A DNA stretch of 64,000 bases from Octopus vulgaris (taxonomy: Eukaryota), in the NCBI GenBank assembly GCA_951406725.2, contig OX597821.1:104656001-104720000 (forward strand). Direction: 5' to 3'. Position 1 is the stretch's first letter. Every line of letters starts with the position of its first letter. Made by a program: the position numbers and the translations under genes. Shown here piece after piece: positions 29,831 to 42,037 of the stretch. The notes beneath the pieces are model-generated. The model had not been told where the DNA came from, did not search any database, and saw nothing but the letters and a program-made list of their open reading frames with translations.

Positions 29831-31187
29831 ATACAAAATATACGTTAGACCTAGAGCGCACAATGTTTCTAAAGGTCAGCAATGGCCTTCCTCGGTCACT
29901 AGTGGACGGCCATCATACATTTGTGTACATCAGAGAATATATACTACATATACATCTGAAAGAAATTTGATGATAAACTATAACAAGTAAACAAAAGCGT
30001 AAATTAATAGCATGGTTAGATATATGTTAAATATCATAAGTAAAATAATTCTTTTTAAAACAAATATGGTGTTTTAATTTTCTTTAAGATTTCTACTGTA
30101 ATGTCTCCTGAAGGTAAGAAGAATATACATAAAATATTTACAAGATATCAACGACAAGGTCTTATTCATTTTTTACTTTATTAATTAAATCAAGATGTGT
30201 TATATGTCATGTAACATTAATGTTTTTTTTTATATTTCAATGAACAAGAAAAAGCTGCTTAATATTGCCGGAAGTATGTCTTAATAACATCATTAAAACA
30301 CATCGAGCTTTTAATGTTTCCAAATTTACATCTAGAGTTATTTCCAGTGTATCTTTTCAGTCTGAAGGTATCTGTTTCAATGGCATTTATAGAAATAGGC
30401 ATTAAGAGGAAACATTTAGGTTAGTTTGAAACATTTAGATTAGATTCAGTGTTAAAGATTACCCTAGGTTAAAAAAAAATTAGAAAATGTGAATTCTTCA
30501 TGATAATGATATTAAGATAGTAATGTAGGTTTGCATGTAGTTTCATAACATATCTACATGACCCTTCTCTTAACAGCAATTAACACTGTCCTAAATTATC
30601 TTCATTTGTATATATATATGCGTATATATATATATATATATATATATACACGTTTATATATTTGTTATGCAAGATTTCTTATGTGAAGTCGTGTGTTGAA
30701 ACAGATATTGTTATATTTCGGAATGGTCATTTTGCTAGTTTAGCCAATAAAAACACACGCACTATATATTTGGTGTTATTTTGCTTCAGTGTTATTTATT
30801 TTTTACATTAATCTTAATCTTATTTCGGCTAGAGTTCTTTCGTCACACTCCTGTGACCGCATCAGTGGTCCTTTGTTTTCTTCTTTCTTATTTGTGTCTC
30901 TCCTTATTAACCGTCAGCCATTTTGTATTTCTATTGCATGTCTTCATTTGCGCATGCTTATATCTCTATGTGCGTCTATGTTTATTTAGTGTGTGTGGGG
31001 GGGGATGCCTGTAATATTTGTATCTTCTGTTTATATACGTTCATGTAATTTGTTTTTGTTGTTTTTGTTTATTCTTATTTTGTTCATGTGATTACATCTC
31101 TTTATTATTATCATTACATATGCTTGAATGACCATTCAGAAATATAACAATACATATATATATATATATATATATATAAATATATAC

Positions 31188-31240
<53 letters not shown>

Positions 31241-31892
31241 TATATATACAATGGATTCTCCCGTCGGTTTCGACGTATGAGGCTCTGACAAAGTACTCTT
31301 ACTTTATCTGTCATAATACTTAAGTAGAATGTGACATGTAAGACCCACTTGCGATTTGCAAAGAAGGCAACCAATCTTGCAATTTTGAGAATTACAGGTC
31401 AGCGTCCGTTTTTCTCCTTTGCCTTGCACACCGAAGCCTGTTAAAGCTGGTTGCAACCAGATTTTTAATACCATTTTGACACAACGATCTTCATTTTGTT
31501 CGTACCAAGGCTGTTGGCTGAAAGGTGGTAAGAGCCATCAAGTCCACTTAGCTCTGATTGGATAACCGTGTGACGGAATAACCTTCTAAATAGGGTGGCT
31601 GTCGGGAGTGCTTGCTTTGTCAGCATGGTGGCGTCATTCGAACGTTAAAACAATGCGATGCACATTGTGTCAAGCGATGCATATCAGCATCCAGTAATTT
31701 GGTCGACACCCTGATATAAGTGTGTGTGTGTATAAATTTACAATGAGGGTGAGTAATTGGATATTAATTTAATTAACATTAATTTAACACCAGTGGTCTA
31801 GCATATTAAAATCTGAAAGTTCAGTAAATTGTATTATATACATGACTCTCATGTATATATATATATATATATATATATATTACATATATATG

Positions 31893-31988
<96 letters not shown>

Positions 31989-32975
31989 CAATTGAGGATA
32001 AAATCTTTAAAAGAAATTATCAGTAGTCAGCGTGAAAAACCTCGTAAGAGAAAAAATCCGTACATTTTTCCTCTTTGAAAATATTCATTTATATTATATT
32101 GAGGGTACTACTATTCGTAGATACCAACACGCTAAGAGGGACCAATGCGGTCAAAGTGTGAAATGGTACTCTAATATTATTAGAGTACAAAGGGGAGATA
32201 CAATTTTTAGTTGGTTAAAACTAGACCTGCGTTTGATAGGAATCTTCTTATTTTCAATGTTTTAACAAGTATGTTGTTGCAACTGAACGAAATCTCGTAT
32301 AAGACTGAAAACTATATTCTTTCTTAAGAAATTTACTTATTTATATAATGGTGACAAGAACGCAAGAATAGAATATCATAAATCATCTCTTGATCTGTTA
32401 GAAATATGCGTTCTGTATTTTCTGGACTTTATACACAGTTTCATCATCTGAAGAAATATGAGATGAGGAGGGACGTAAGCTTATTCAGAATACTTAAGAC
32501 TGTGAAAGAAGGATATTATCTCCGGAAACTAGATATATTATTCCAATTCTTCCAAAAGTGTAAACTATACTACAACTGTTCGAAGTTTAAGCGTTGGTGT
32601 TAATTTGGCGAAAGTTCAGTGTACCATGGCTCCTCCTATAGGTTTCAAACCATCTCCATATAAGGCATTCAAATCTAACAACCTGTTTAACCCGATTTGT
32701 ATTAAGAATTATTTGCCGCTGCTACGAACTATTGGGATCGAAATCTAATTCTTGTTGTTAGGAAATCGGTTTACCAAACGTCAACTCTGTAGAATCAATA
32801 TAAATTTTGAAAGTAAAATGCATCAGTGTTGCTTATGTAGGTGCTTAATACATGTAATGCAAAGGAAATCATTATAAGTTATATTTTCTGTGAGAATCTC
32901 TCAAAGAATGAATTAAGATGGTTGTGAAAACGAAAATCAGAAAATAATGCATCCATACAAATATAAATATATATA

Positions 32976-33011
<36 letters not shown>

Positions 33012-33628
33012 TGTATGTATGTATGTATGTATGTATGTATGTATGGATAGCATTAAAATCTAATGCAATTGTATCCTTTAAAATCTTCCCTGGAGGTTTC
33101 GTAATTGAAATATTTTATACTGTGACACCTAAATTTACATTTAGAATAGGTTTTACGTGTATTTTGAACAGCTGTGAATGTAGAAAAATGTCTGCTATGT
33201 AGGATCAGACACCAGTGACGTATTAGAATTAATGGTGTAGATTCTCTTTCATTGTTACTATAAGTTCTCACATCACATGTTATATTTAATCTCGCTACTA
33301 AAACTTTTAGAATGAAGCACTTTATAGTTCCTGCTGAGTGAGATACTTATAAGATAGTGATAGAAAATCACTGAGTGTATGAATGTCTAGGAACAGATAT
33401 ATATTTAAATAGTTACATGAATGTATAGATACATACACAGACAAAAAAAACAGTACATATAGAAGCATACATAAATACATATGCTCCGTTATACATACAT
33501 GTATGTATGTATGGTAAAAAAATACCTTCATCAACCACATGCTCCCAGATCATGTATACCTGTATCCCACATACTGTCATAACAACGGGCCGACCAAAGT
33601 CTTGTGCTGCATTTCGTCGATGGAAACT

Positions 33629-33711
33629 GAAAGATGCCCATCATATATGTACGTCTCGAAATATATTTATATGGATGTATATGTATATCTGTATATATAT
33701 TTATATGGATG

Positions 33712-33777
<66 letters not shown>

Positions 33778-33836
33778 TATACATATACATCCATATAAAT
33801 ATATTTCGAGACGTACATATATGATGGGCATCTTTC
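33629..33836. repeat. About 70-bp inverted repeat around (TA)n, beginning inside a family A SINE remnant
   Basis: GAAAGATGCCCATCATATATGTACGTCTCGAAATATATTTATATGGATG... is mirrored at 33765-33836. Confidence 0.93.
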
Positions 33837-34197
33837 TTTTACATCAGACATAACAGTCTTTAGCCAAAGTGTTAACATGTGTTTTCTGTTATCTCTTACT
33901 TTGGCTTCACTTTCAAAGTAGCACTGCATCACTGCCCTATTCTATACGCTTATCTATTTCCTTCTCATTAATTTATTATATATTTAGAATAACGACTAAT
34001 TTCATCTTGCATCTCAAACAACTGCTGAGAGAGGGAGAAAGACAGAGAGACAGAGAGAGACTTTGCCTTAAACTTCCAGTCTCCTTTTTGCTCTTATCAT
34101 GTGAGTTTTTGTGCAAACTGATATCTCACACAAGCTGAGGTAAGGTAATGTTTATTTGTTTTTGTATTGTGACAGCCTCACAATGCACCTGATATTA

Positions 34198-34245
34198 CCT
34201 CTTCTTCTTCTTCTTCTTCTTCTTCTTCTTCTTCTTCTTCTTCTT

Positions 34246-34341
<96 letters not shown>

Positions 34342-34345
34342 GTTG
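34198..34345. repeat. Compound microsatellite (CTT)n(ATT)n
   Basis: Directly visible. Confidence 0.97.
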
Positions 34346-35262
34346 TTTTGAAGTTCATGAGATAACAACCAGTTCCGCAAGAAAGTTTATTTAAACGTCC
34401 AGTTCCCTCTTAATTTCTGGCCTTGAGCCTATAGTAAAAAAAAAACAAATTATTATTGAGAAGGTAGTGGGTTTGCGCTCGATCAATGTTTGTTTACATC
34501 CTTGGAAGATGCGACAAAGAATCTTCTGCATTATTTTATGTTTACGGTTCGTATATTCGCAGAAACAATTGTTGTTCAAACCGCAGATAGAAAATAATGC
34601 GGCCTCTCGCTTTTGCGTTTCCCAGGAGAATAGTGAAACTTTCGAGTCCATAGGGTAAATGTTCCTTCAAACGTATGCCTATCAGAACTCCAACGAACTG
34701 TTTATGTTTTTGCCCGGATTATTTAACGAATTATAAGTTATGATTCCAATTCCATAATACTATTGAAACATCTAAATATCGTTGAATCTTTCAGACGTCA
34801 AAGCCATTATGTGAAGTAGAAACAATGTTGAATATTTAATGCTCCTTCTTAAATTTTATATAATTCATAGCGCTGTTTTTATCTCAAATGCTATCAGAGA
34901 ATTTATAGGAGGTGATGGTTGATATAATGTTTGTAGGAATCTAAAAGAGAACTAATCAAATATAAAAATATTAAAAGAACTTTAAATATCGCCAGAAATT
35001 TGAAATTGTCCACGTTTTATAAGCAGCTCAAATATTGAGCTACATATTGCAAATCACAGATATAAATAGCAATTAAAAATTCATTTCAAAAGATATACGT
35101 ATTGAGAGCAGTAACTATGAGACTATAAAGAGAATGATAGATATTTTGCTACGATGACATGTGTTGATTGTAGTGGAAATCACATATCTCAGAGAACAAG
35201 GAAAATCGGTTTAGGTTGCCGCTTATTTTGCACAGTTGTGGTTAGAATAATGCATTATACCC

Positions 35263-35489
35263 ATTTCTTTACTACCCACAAGGGGCTAAACGCAGAGGGT
35301 ACGAACAAGGACAGACAAATGGATTACGTCGGTTATATCGACCGCAGTGCGTAACTGGTACTTATTTAATCGACCCCGAAAGGATGAAAGGCAAAGTCGA
35401 CCTCGGCGGAATTCGAACGCAGAACGTAACGGCAGACGAATACCCCTAAGCATCTCGTCCGGCGTGCTAACGTTTTTGCCAGCTCACCG
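35263..35489 (-). mobile_element. SINE family M
   Basis: Reverse complement of 27228-27458. Confidence 0.88.
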
Positions 35490-36066
35490 TTGCTACTCGG
35501 GAGGAATTTCGCAAATCGATAAAGAGATTCACTTAATTATATGCAACGTTTGAAGTATTCATATCGGATGGCAAACAGTATATTTCTGTTGCTAATGCAG
35601 ATGAAATATATTTTAGGGGACTAGGTGTAACATTTCTCCCTATTATATGCACAATGACTGAAATATTGGGATACATAACTAGTCAGTTATATCGAATACA
35701 GTTATATCGAATACAGAATATGATTGTTACTTATTTTGATCGACACGAAAAGACTGAAAAGCAAACTTAGCATCATTGGAATTTGAACTCGGAACCTATA
35801 GTCGGACCACACGCCACTCAACATTTCTTCCCGTGTGCTAAGGAAGCTGCTAGCACGGAGCCTTATGATCGTTTAAAGTTTGAGCACAATGTCAGAAATT
35901 TTAAGGCGGGAATGTCTGTCAATGACAGAAATCTCAGTATTTGAGTGGTACCTTATAGGAGCGACAGAAGGTGATGTATAAAAACGGCATTAAGAAGCTG
36001 TGCCTAAAAAACCAGAAGATATACTGCCGAGCATTATGTTCCGTGCGGTGATGATTTACTCAACTC

Positions 36067-36131
<65 letters not shown>

Positions 36132-36244
36132 CAATAATAATGATAATGATGATGATAATAATAATAATAATATTATTAATGATAATGATAATAATAATGA
36201 TACTGATGATGATGATAATAATAATGATAATAATAATAATAATC

Positions 36245-36299
<55 letters not shown>

Positions 36300-36302
<3 letters not shown>

Positions 36303-37642
36303 TGTAATCTGAAATATGTAATCTTGACAGAAAAATATGAAAACTGTTGACAATGCATAGAATCCACCACCTTAAGGCAGATACAGAACGACTTTATCTG
36401 CAAAGAAAATATGGAGGCCGTGGACTTTTACAACTGGCAATAACAATGAAGATTGCTACAATTGGCCTAGACACCTACCTGAAAAACTCCGAGGACTGGA
36501 TGTGAAAACTTGTCTCAAAACATGAAAACAAGAAAGCATCATACTCAGTAACAAAACAGGCAAAGGAATATCTAGTGAATTCCGAATACAACAAATTTCG
36601 GAATTAGAGATAGACATACAAGAAACAAGCACAGAAAAAGCTAGGCGCATGAAAACCCGTGCTAAGACTGCGGCCTTAGATATTCTGAATGATTAATGGC
36701 AAGAAAAACCTCTCTATGGCAAATATCCAAACAGAGCGAATAATGCAGATGTTGACAAAGCCCTGACCCATCAATGGCTAATGACCTCTGGCTTAAAATC
36801 TGAAACAGAAGGGTTTATCATAGCAGCTCAAGATCAATGCCTACCAACAAGAAACTACCAGGCCAACATATTAAAGACCGGCAGTAGCCCAACATGTTGT
36901 GTATGTCAACAACAAAATGAAACCATTGATCATGTTGTCTCCAAGTGCAGTCTTCTAGCGTCTACAGAGTATCTCAACAGGCATGATAGAGCTGCACAAT
37001 ATATTCACTTTGTAATCTGCAAAAACCTGGATTTGCCACATGAATAAAAATGATGGGAACACAAACCACCTCCTGTGCTTGAAAATGACCACATCTCACT
37101 CCTCTGGAACTTCCCCATTCAAACTGAAAACAATAGATGCAAATAGGCCGGACATCATATTGAAAGACTTCACACAAAGAACATGCCTCCTCATTGATAT
37201 GACTGTCCCAATCGATATAAACGTATCTGTCAAGACCTACCAAAAACTGAGCAAATATAAAGATCTTGAAATAGAAATCAGCAAAATGTGGAACCTGAAG
37301 ACTAAAATAATACCTGTTGTCATAGGTGCCCTGGGAATGATAGCAAAAGGGCTGATGGCTACCTAACTCAGATACCAGGAAACCTCAAAATGGCAGAAAT
37401 TCAAAAGATAGTGCTTATGGGAACTGCTCATCTCCCACGCAAAATACTTTCTATGTAATCTCAAGGTTTAAAACAAACATAATTTTTTTTTAGACATCCA
37501 CTAGTACAACATAAAAAAAAACAACCAAATATATGGCACACTAGGCATAACAACAACGTGAACTTCCAAGCTGTTGTCTCTTGAGGTCTCTAGGTGAGTC
37601 TTGGAGCCAACTTGTACAAATATAAAGCAAAAGTCAAACATA

Positions 37643-37645
<3 letters not shown>
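36300..37645 (+). mobile_element. 5'-truncated R4/Dong-type LINE (family 1) in (TAA)n; frameshifted ORF end with CCHC and RLE domain
   Basis: GLKSETEGFIIAAQDQ, C.VCQQQNETIDHVVSKC, RHD, NRPDII, IDMTVP, KLSKYKDL, IIPVVIGALG; flanked by (AAT)n. Confidence 0.92.
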
Positions 37646-37720
<75 letters not shown>

Positions 37721-37722
37721 AC

Positions 37723-37895
37723 TGTGGACAGATAACCGTATTTATTATGTAAAGCTGATTTAAGATTTACATACACTACTATGCAGTACCCCTGCAAAAA
37801 CATACAGGAATAAACTCATTCCGTAAATACCCAACAAAATGAACAAAGACCACAGCATGTGCAATAGAAGCACGATACCCGACAAACAAAACACA
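37723..37895 (+). repeat. 173-bp segment duplicated at 39590-39763
   Basis: Near-identical direct copy about 1.87 kb downstream; few differences. Confidence 0.93.
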
Positions 37896-37990
37896 GAGCA
37901 TCACAACAAATCACAGCACATACCCAAGGCACACAGAGCTGCGCTCGGTAGTGAAGTGAAAGGACGCTATAAAAATAAAACTACTGAATA
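37894..37990 (+). mobile_element. Short 3'-UTR-only insertion of Dong family 2
   Basis: Reverse complement of 42038-42133; followed by (AAT)n. Confidence 0.85.
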
Positions 37991-38004
37991 ATAATAATAA
38001 TAAC

Positions 38005-38152
<148 letters not shown>

Positions 38153-38157
38153 TTAAT

Positions 38158-38239
<82 letters not shown>

Positions 38240-38244
38240 TTAAT

Positions 38245-38340
<96 letters not shown>

Positions 38341-38341
<1 letters not shown>

Positions 38342-38895
38342 GCCCTGATGCAGTACCAGGCAGTGGCTCTCATGGCTTCTGATCTTAACTCATTGGAAGT
38401 GTTATCACGTACATTGTTTTGTCTTGGTATAAAAGATGGGCTACAGCAAATATTCTGCTCAATACCACAGATTTGCTTGTCAGTTGTTTGACCTTAACCA
38501 GTTGAGCATGTCCCTTAGTGGCTGACGATATGTGCATCTCTGATCACGAGCAGAAGTAGTGGGGGAGCATCATAGCCATGTGTTGAGAAGGATTCTTTGG
38601 GGTTTGAATAATTCCCCTCTGGAAACATGGGTGTTTCGTTCAACGTCCTTAAACAACCCTTATTCAGGGACCTTTTGAGCAGGATGGGTTACTCGATCTG
38701 AAGAAAATTCTAACTGGGCTCCACCTGCAAGGTCGTATGCTGTTTATCTTGATATGAGATCACCATGTCGCGCACATATTGTTGTGATGCATGTGCCTGG
38801 TGTACCCTTATCAGACGGGTAGTCATGATGGGTATACTGGGCTTCGAATATTTTACCCCAGTGTCACTTTGATGGCATGCTCTGCTCGCTCACTC
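38341..38895 (+). mobile_element. About 555-bp non-coding element inserted in (TAA)n
   Basis: Bounded by (AAT)n; a diverged reverse copy at 45212-45522 is also next to (TAA)n. Confidence 0.8.
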
Positions 38896-38914
38896 AATAA
38901 TAATAATAATGAAA

Positions 38915-38955
<41 letters not shown>

Positions 38956-39079
38956 AAAAATGATAATGGTGATGATAATAATAATAATAATAATTATAAT
39001 AAAAATAATAATAATAATAATATTAATAATAATAATAATGATGATGATGATGATGATAATAATAATAATAATAATAATA

Positions 39080-39147
<68 letters not shown>

Positions 39148-40139
39148 TCAGCGGATACTAGACAGCATGATCCTGCGGCATCGACCTGCCGGGAAGTCAG
39201 AGTAAATCTGAAACCCTCACGAAGTAGGAATTAAGAATTAGCGTCAGCAATCTCAGGGAACTGGAGTATATATATACAAAATAAAAAATAGCTTCCCCTT
39301 ACACAGCAACATACGCATAAATTGTAGCCACTGTAATGTTTTTATATGAAAACTGAAAACTGTGAGCAAAAGTTTAAAATTTTAAATCACAATTACATAC
39401 ACATCCATATTTATACAAGACCGATATATAGATGCATATTGTTGTTTTGTTCTGAATCTCTCGCTGAAATATCAATAATATTTATAACTACGAAAGAAAC
39501 ATCAGCGCATGTCCATGGACCGTTATCAGTTAAAAAGTTAACGCTGTAAAAACGAACCTGTAAAAAAAAAAAACAACCAAAAAAGGAAGTGTGGACAGAT
39601 AACCATATTTATTATGAAAAGCTGATTTAAGATTTACATACACTACTATGCAGTACCCCCTCCAAAAACATACAGGAATAAACTCATTCCGTAAATACCC
39701 AACAAAATGAACAAAGACCACAGCATGTGCAATAGAAGCACGATACCCGACAAACAAAACACAACCTGTGCAGCACAAACAACATTCAACAGAAGAACTG
39801 ATATAATAGGAGACTCAAATCGAACCCCATAATACAACATACTGATACAGTACAATACAAAAACTGCGGCGCACAAAGGTGCAATAAATGATGTAATAGA
39901 AAGTTGCCTGAAATAATCAGATGTCGAAAAATAATAGGGGTGATGACGTTGGTGACAAACTTTACCTTACCTCAGTTTATGAGAGACACGACTTTCCGAA
40001 GAAACTTTAGCAGTAATAGCGAAAATGAAGCCGTATATTTAAGGGAAATACTATCGCTCGGCAGTAGTTCAGTAAATATGCAAATTGACCACAGCTGATA
40101 TTCCTAATAGAGCATCTGTAGATAATAAATTGAGGAGAA

Positions 40140-40860
40140 CTAGTGTATCGATCTAAGGCATTAATGAGTAAAGTGTTAAGAAAATGCCGAATCGGAATGG
40201 TTGAGGACCAGCTTTATTTCAAGGATATTGGCTAAATAAATTCAGTAGTTTACGTGGTAGACCGAGGGAACAACTTCAGGATTGCCTTAATGGAGAAAAA
40301 ATACCAGGTTGGATGAAGAGAAGGCGGACAATACTTATGAAAGATAAAAGCAAGGTAATAAAGCTAGCAAGAATAGACCAAACACTTGCTTACCATTAGT
40401 GTGGAAACTGCTAAGAAGAATGCTCTCCGGAAGTACTTATGAGCAACTTGAGAACCAGAATTTACTGCCAGAGAAACAAAATGATTGCAGGAAGAAGGCT
40501 AAAGGAACGCATGACCTATTATACATTAATTAAGCAGTTGTAAATTAAGTAAAAGCTAGAAATAAAAATCTAACTCTAGCATGGATAAATTATAGGAAAG
40601 CCTATGACATGATCCCACACTCATGGATAAATGAATGTCTGAGTATATTCAGAATAGCAGACAACAGAAGAGAATTAATGAATTTTTGCACAAAGAAATA
40701 GAAAGTAGATCTTTACTCTGGTGACACTCTTCGGGAATGTTAAAGTCACAAGAGGAATTTTCTAGAGGGACTAATTGTCCTCTTTTGTTTTTGTCTCTTG
40801 TTTGATCTCTCTCAGTTTAGTAATTAGGAACGGAAATGCAGGGTATCAGTTAAGATATAG
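40140..40860 (+). pseudogene. Decayed R4/Dong-type RT fragment
   Basis: IPGWM...RPNTCLPLVWKLL, PEKQ..CRK..KG, LAWINYRKAYDMIPHSWI, RGIF; parallels the 43384-44517 protein. Confidence 0.8.
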
Positions 40861-41499
40861 TACCACGCGCTCATCCCGATCCATCAGAGGCCTGACTGCA
40901 ATTTCCTTGCTATGTTACGTCTTCACACTTCAGTAGTCAAATCATGTATACTGCAGTTATACTGATTATTATTTTCCCAATCGAAACCATGCCGCTCTTG
41001 TTCATAGTGGTCTTAGCTATCATAGCTGTGGTGGCGATGGTGTTGGTGTTGTTGGAGTCGCTGATGGTGCTAATATTGTTAGTGGTAGTGGTGTTGTTAC
41101 TGTCGGTGGTGATTTTGTTCTTTTTGTTATTCCTGTTTTTCTTGTTATTTGTGCTGGCGTCGGTCATCTCTTTCGTTTTGCCGGCGTGCTACTTGTCCAC
41201 TAGCAGCATCAAGAGGCAGGGCGCGATCACACTCACTATTTCTTTATAGTACGACATTTCTATGTCGCTCGCCATTGACGACTAAATCTGCCTCGAATTT
41301 TGTTATAAAGATTCTAAACTTATTCCCAAGTAGTAAGAGGAACTTAAAAACACAAACAAAGAAGCACGCCAGGTGAAGGAGGATCACTTATTCTCCACAC
41401 GGGTCCCAAAGTGAAATGAAAATACAGTTATTTTCCGGAAAAAATTGAAGGGATTTCGCAAATAAATATTGAGCCGACATGAAACGTGGTTTACTGGTC

Positions 41500-41695
41500 T
41501 GAATCGTTAGCACGTCGGGCGAAATGCTTTGCGTTATTTTGCCAATCGCTACGTTCTGAGTTCCAGTTTCACCCAGGCTACATTGCCTGTCATACTTTCA
41601 GGGTCGATAAAATAAGCAGCTGTGAAACACTATTGTCGACGGAATCGTCTAATCCTCTCCCATAAAAGTGCTGCCCTTGTGACAATATTTGGAAC
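41500..41695 (+). mobile_element. SINE family M, diverged
   Basis: GTTAGCACGTCGGGCGAAATGC head and CTTTCAGGGTCGATAAAATAAG core. Confidence 0.7.

Positions 41696-42037
<342 letters not shown>

Noticed and set aside
40944-41249. Hydrophobic 101-aa ORF resembling a membrane protein
   Set aside because: Degenerate (GTG/GTT)n trinucleotide repeat.
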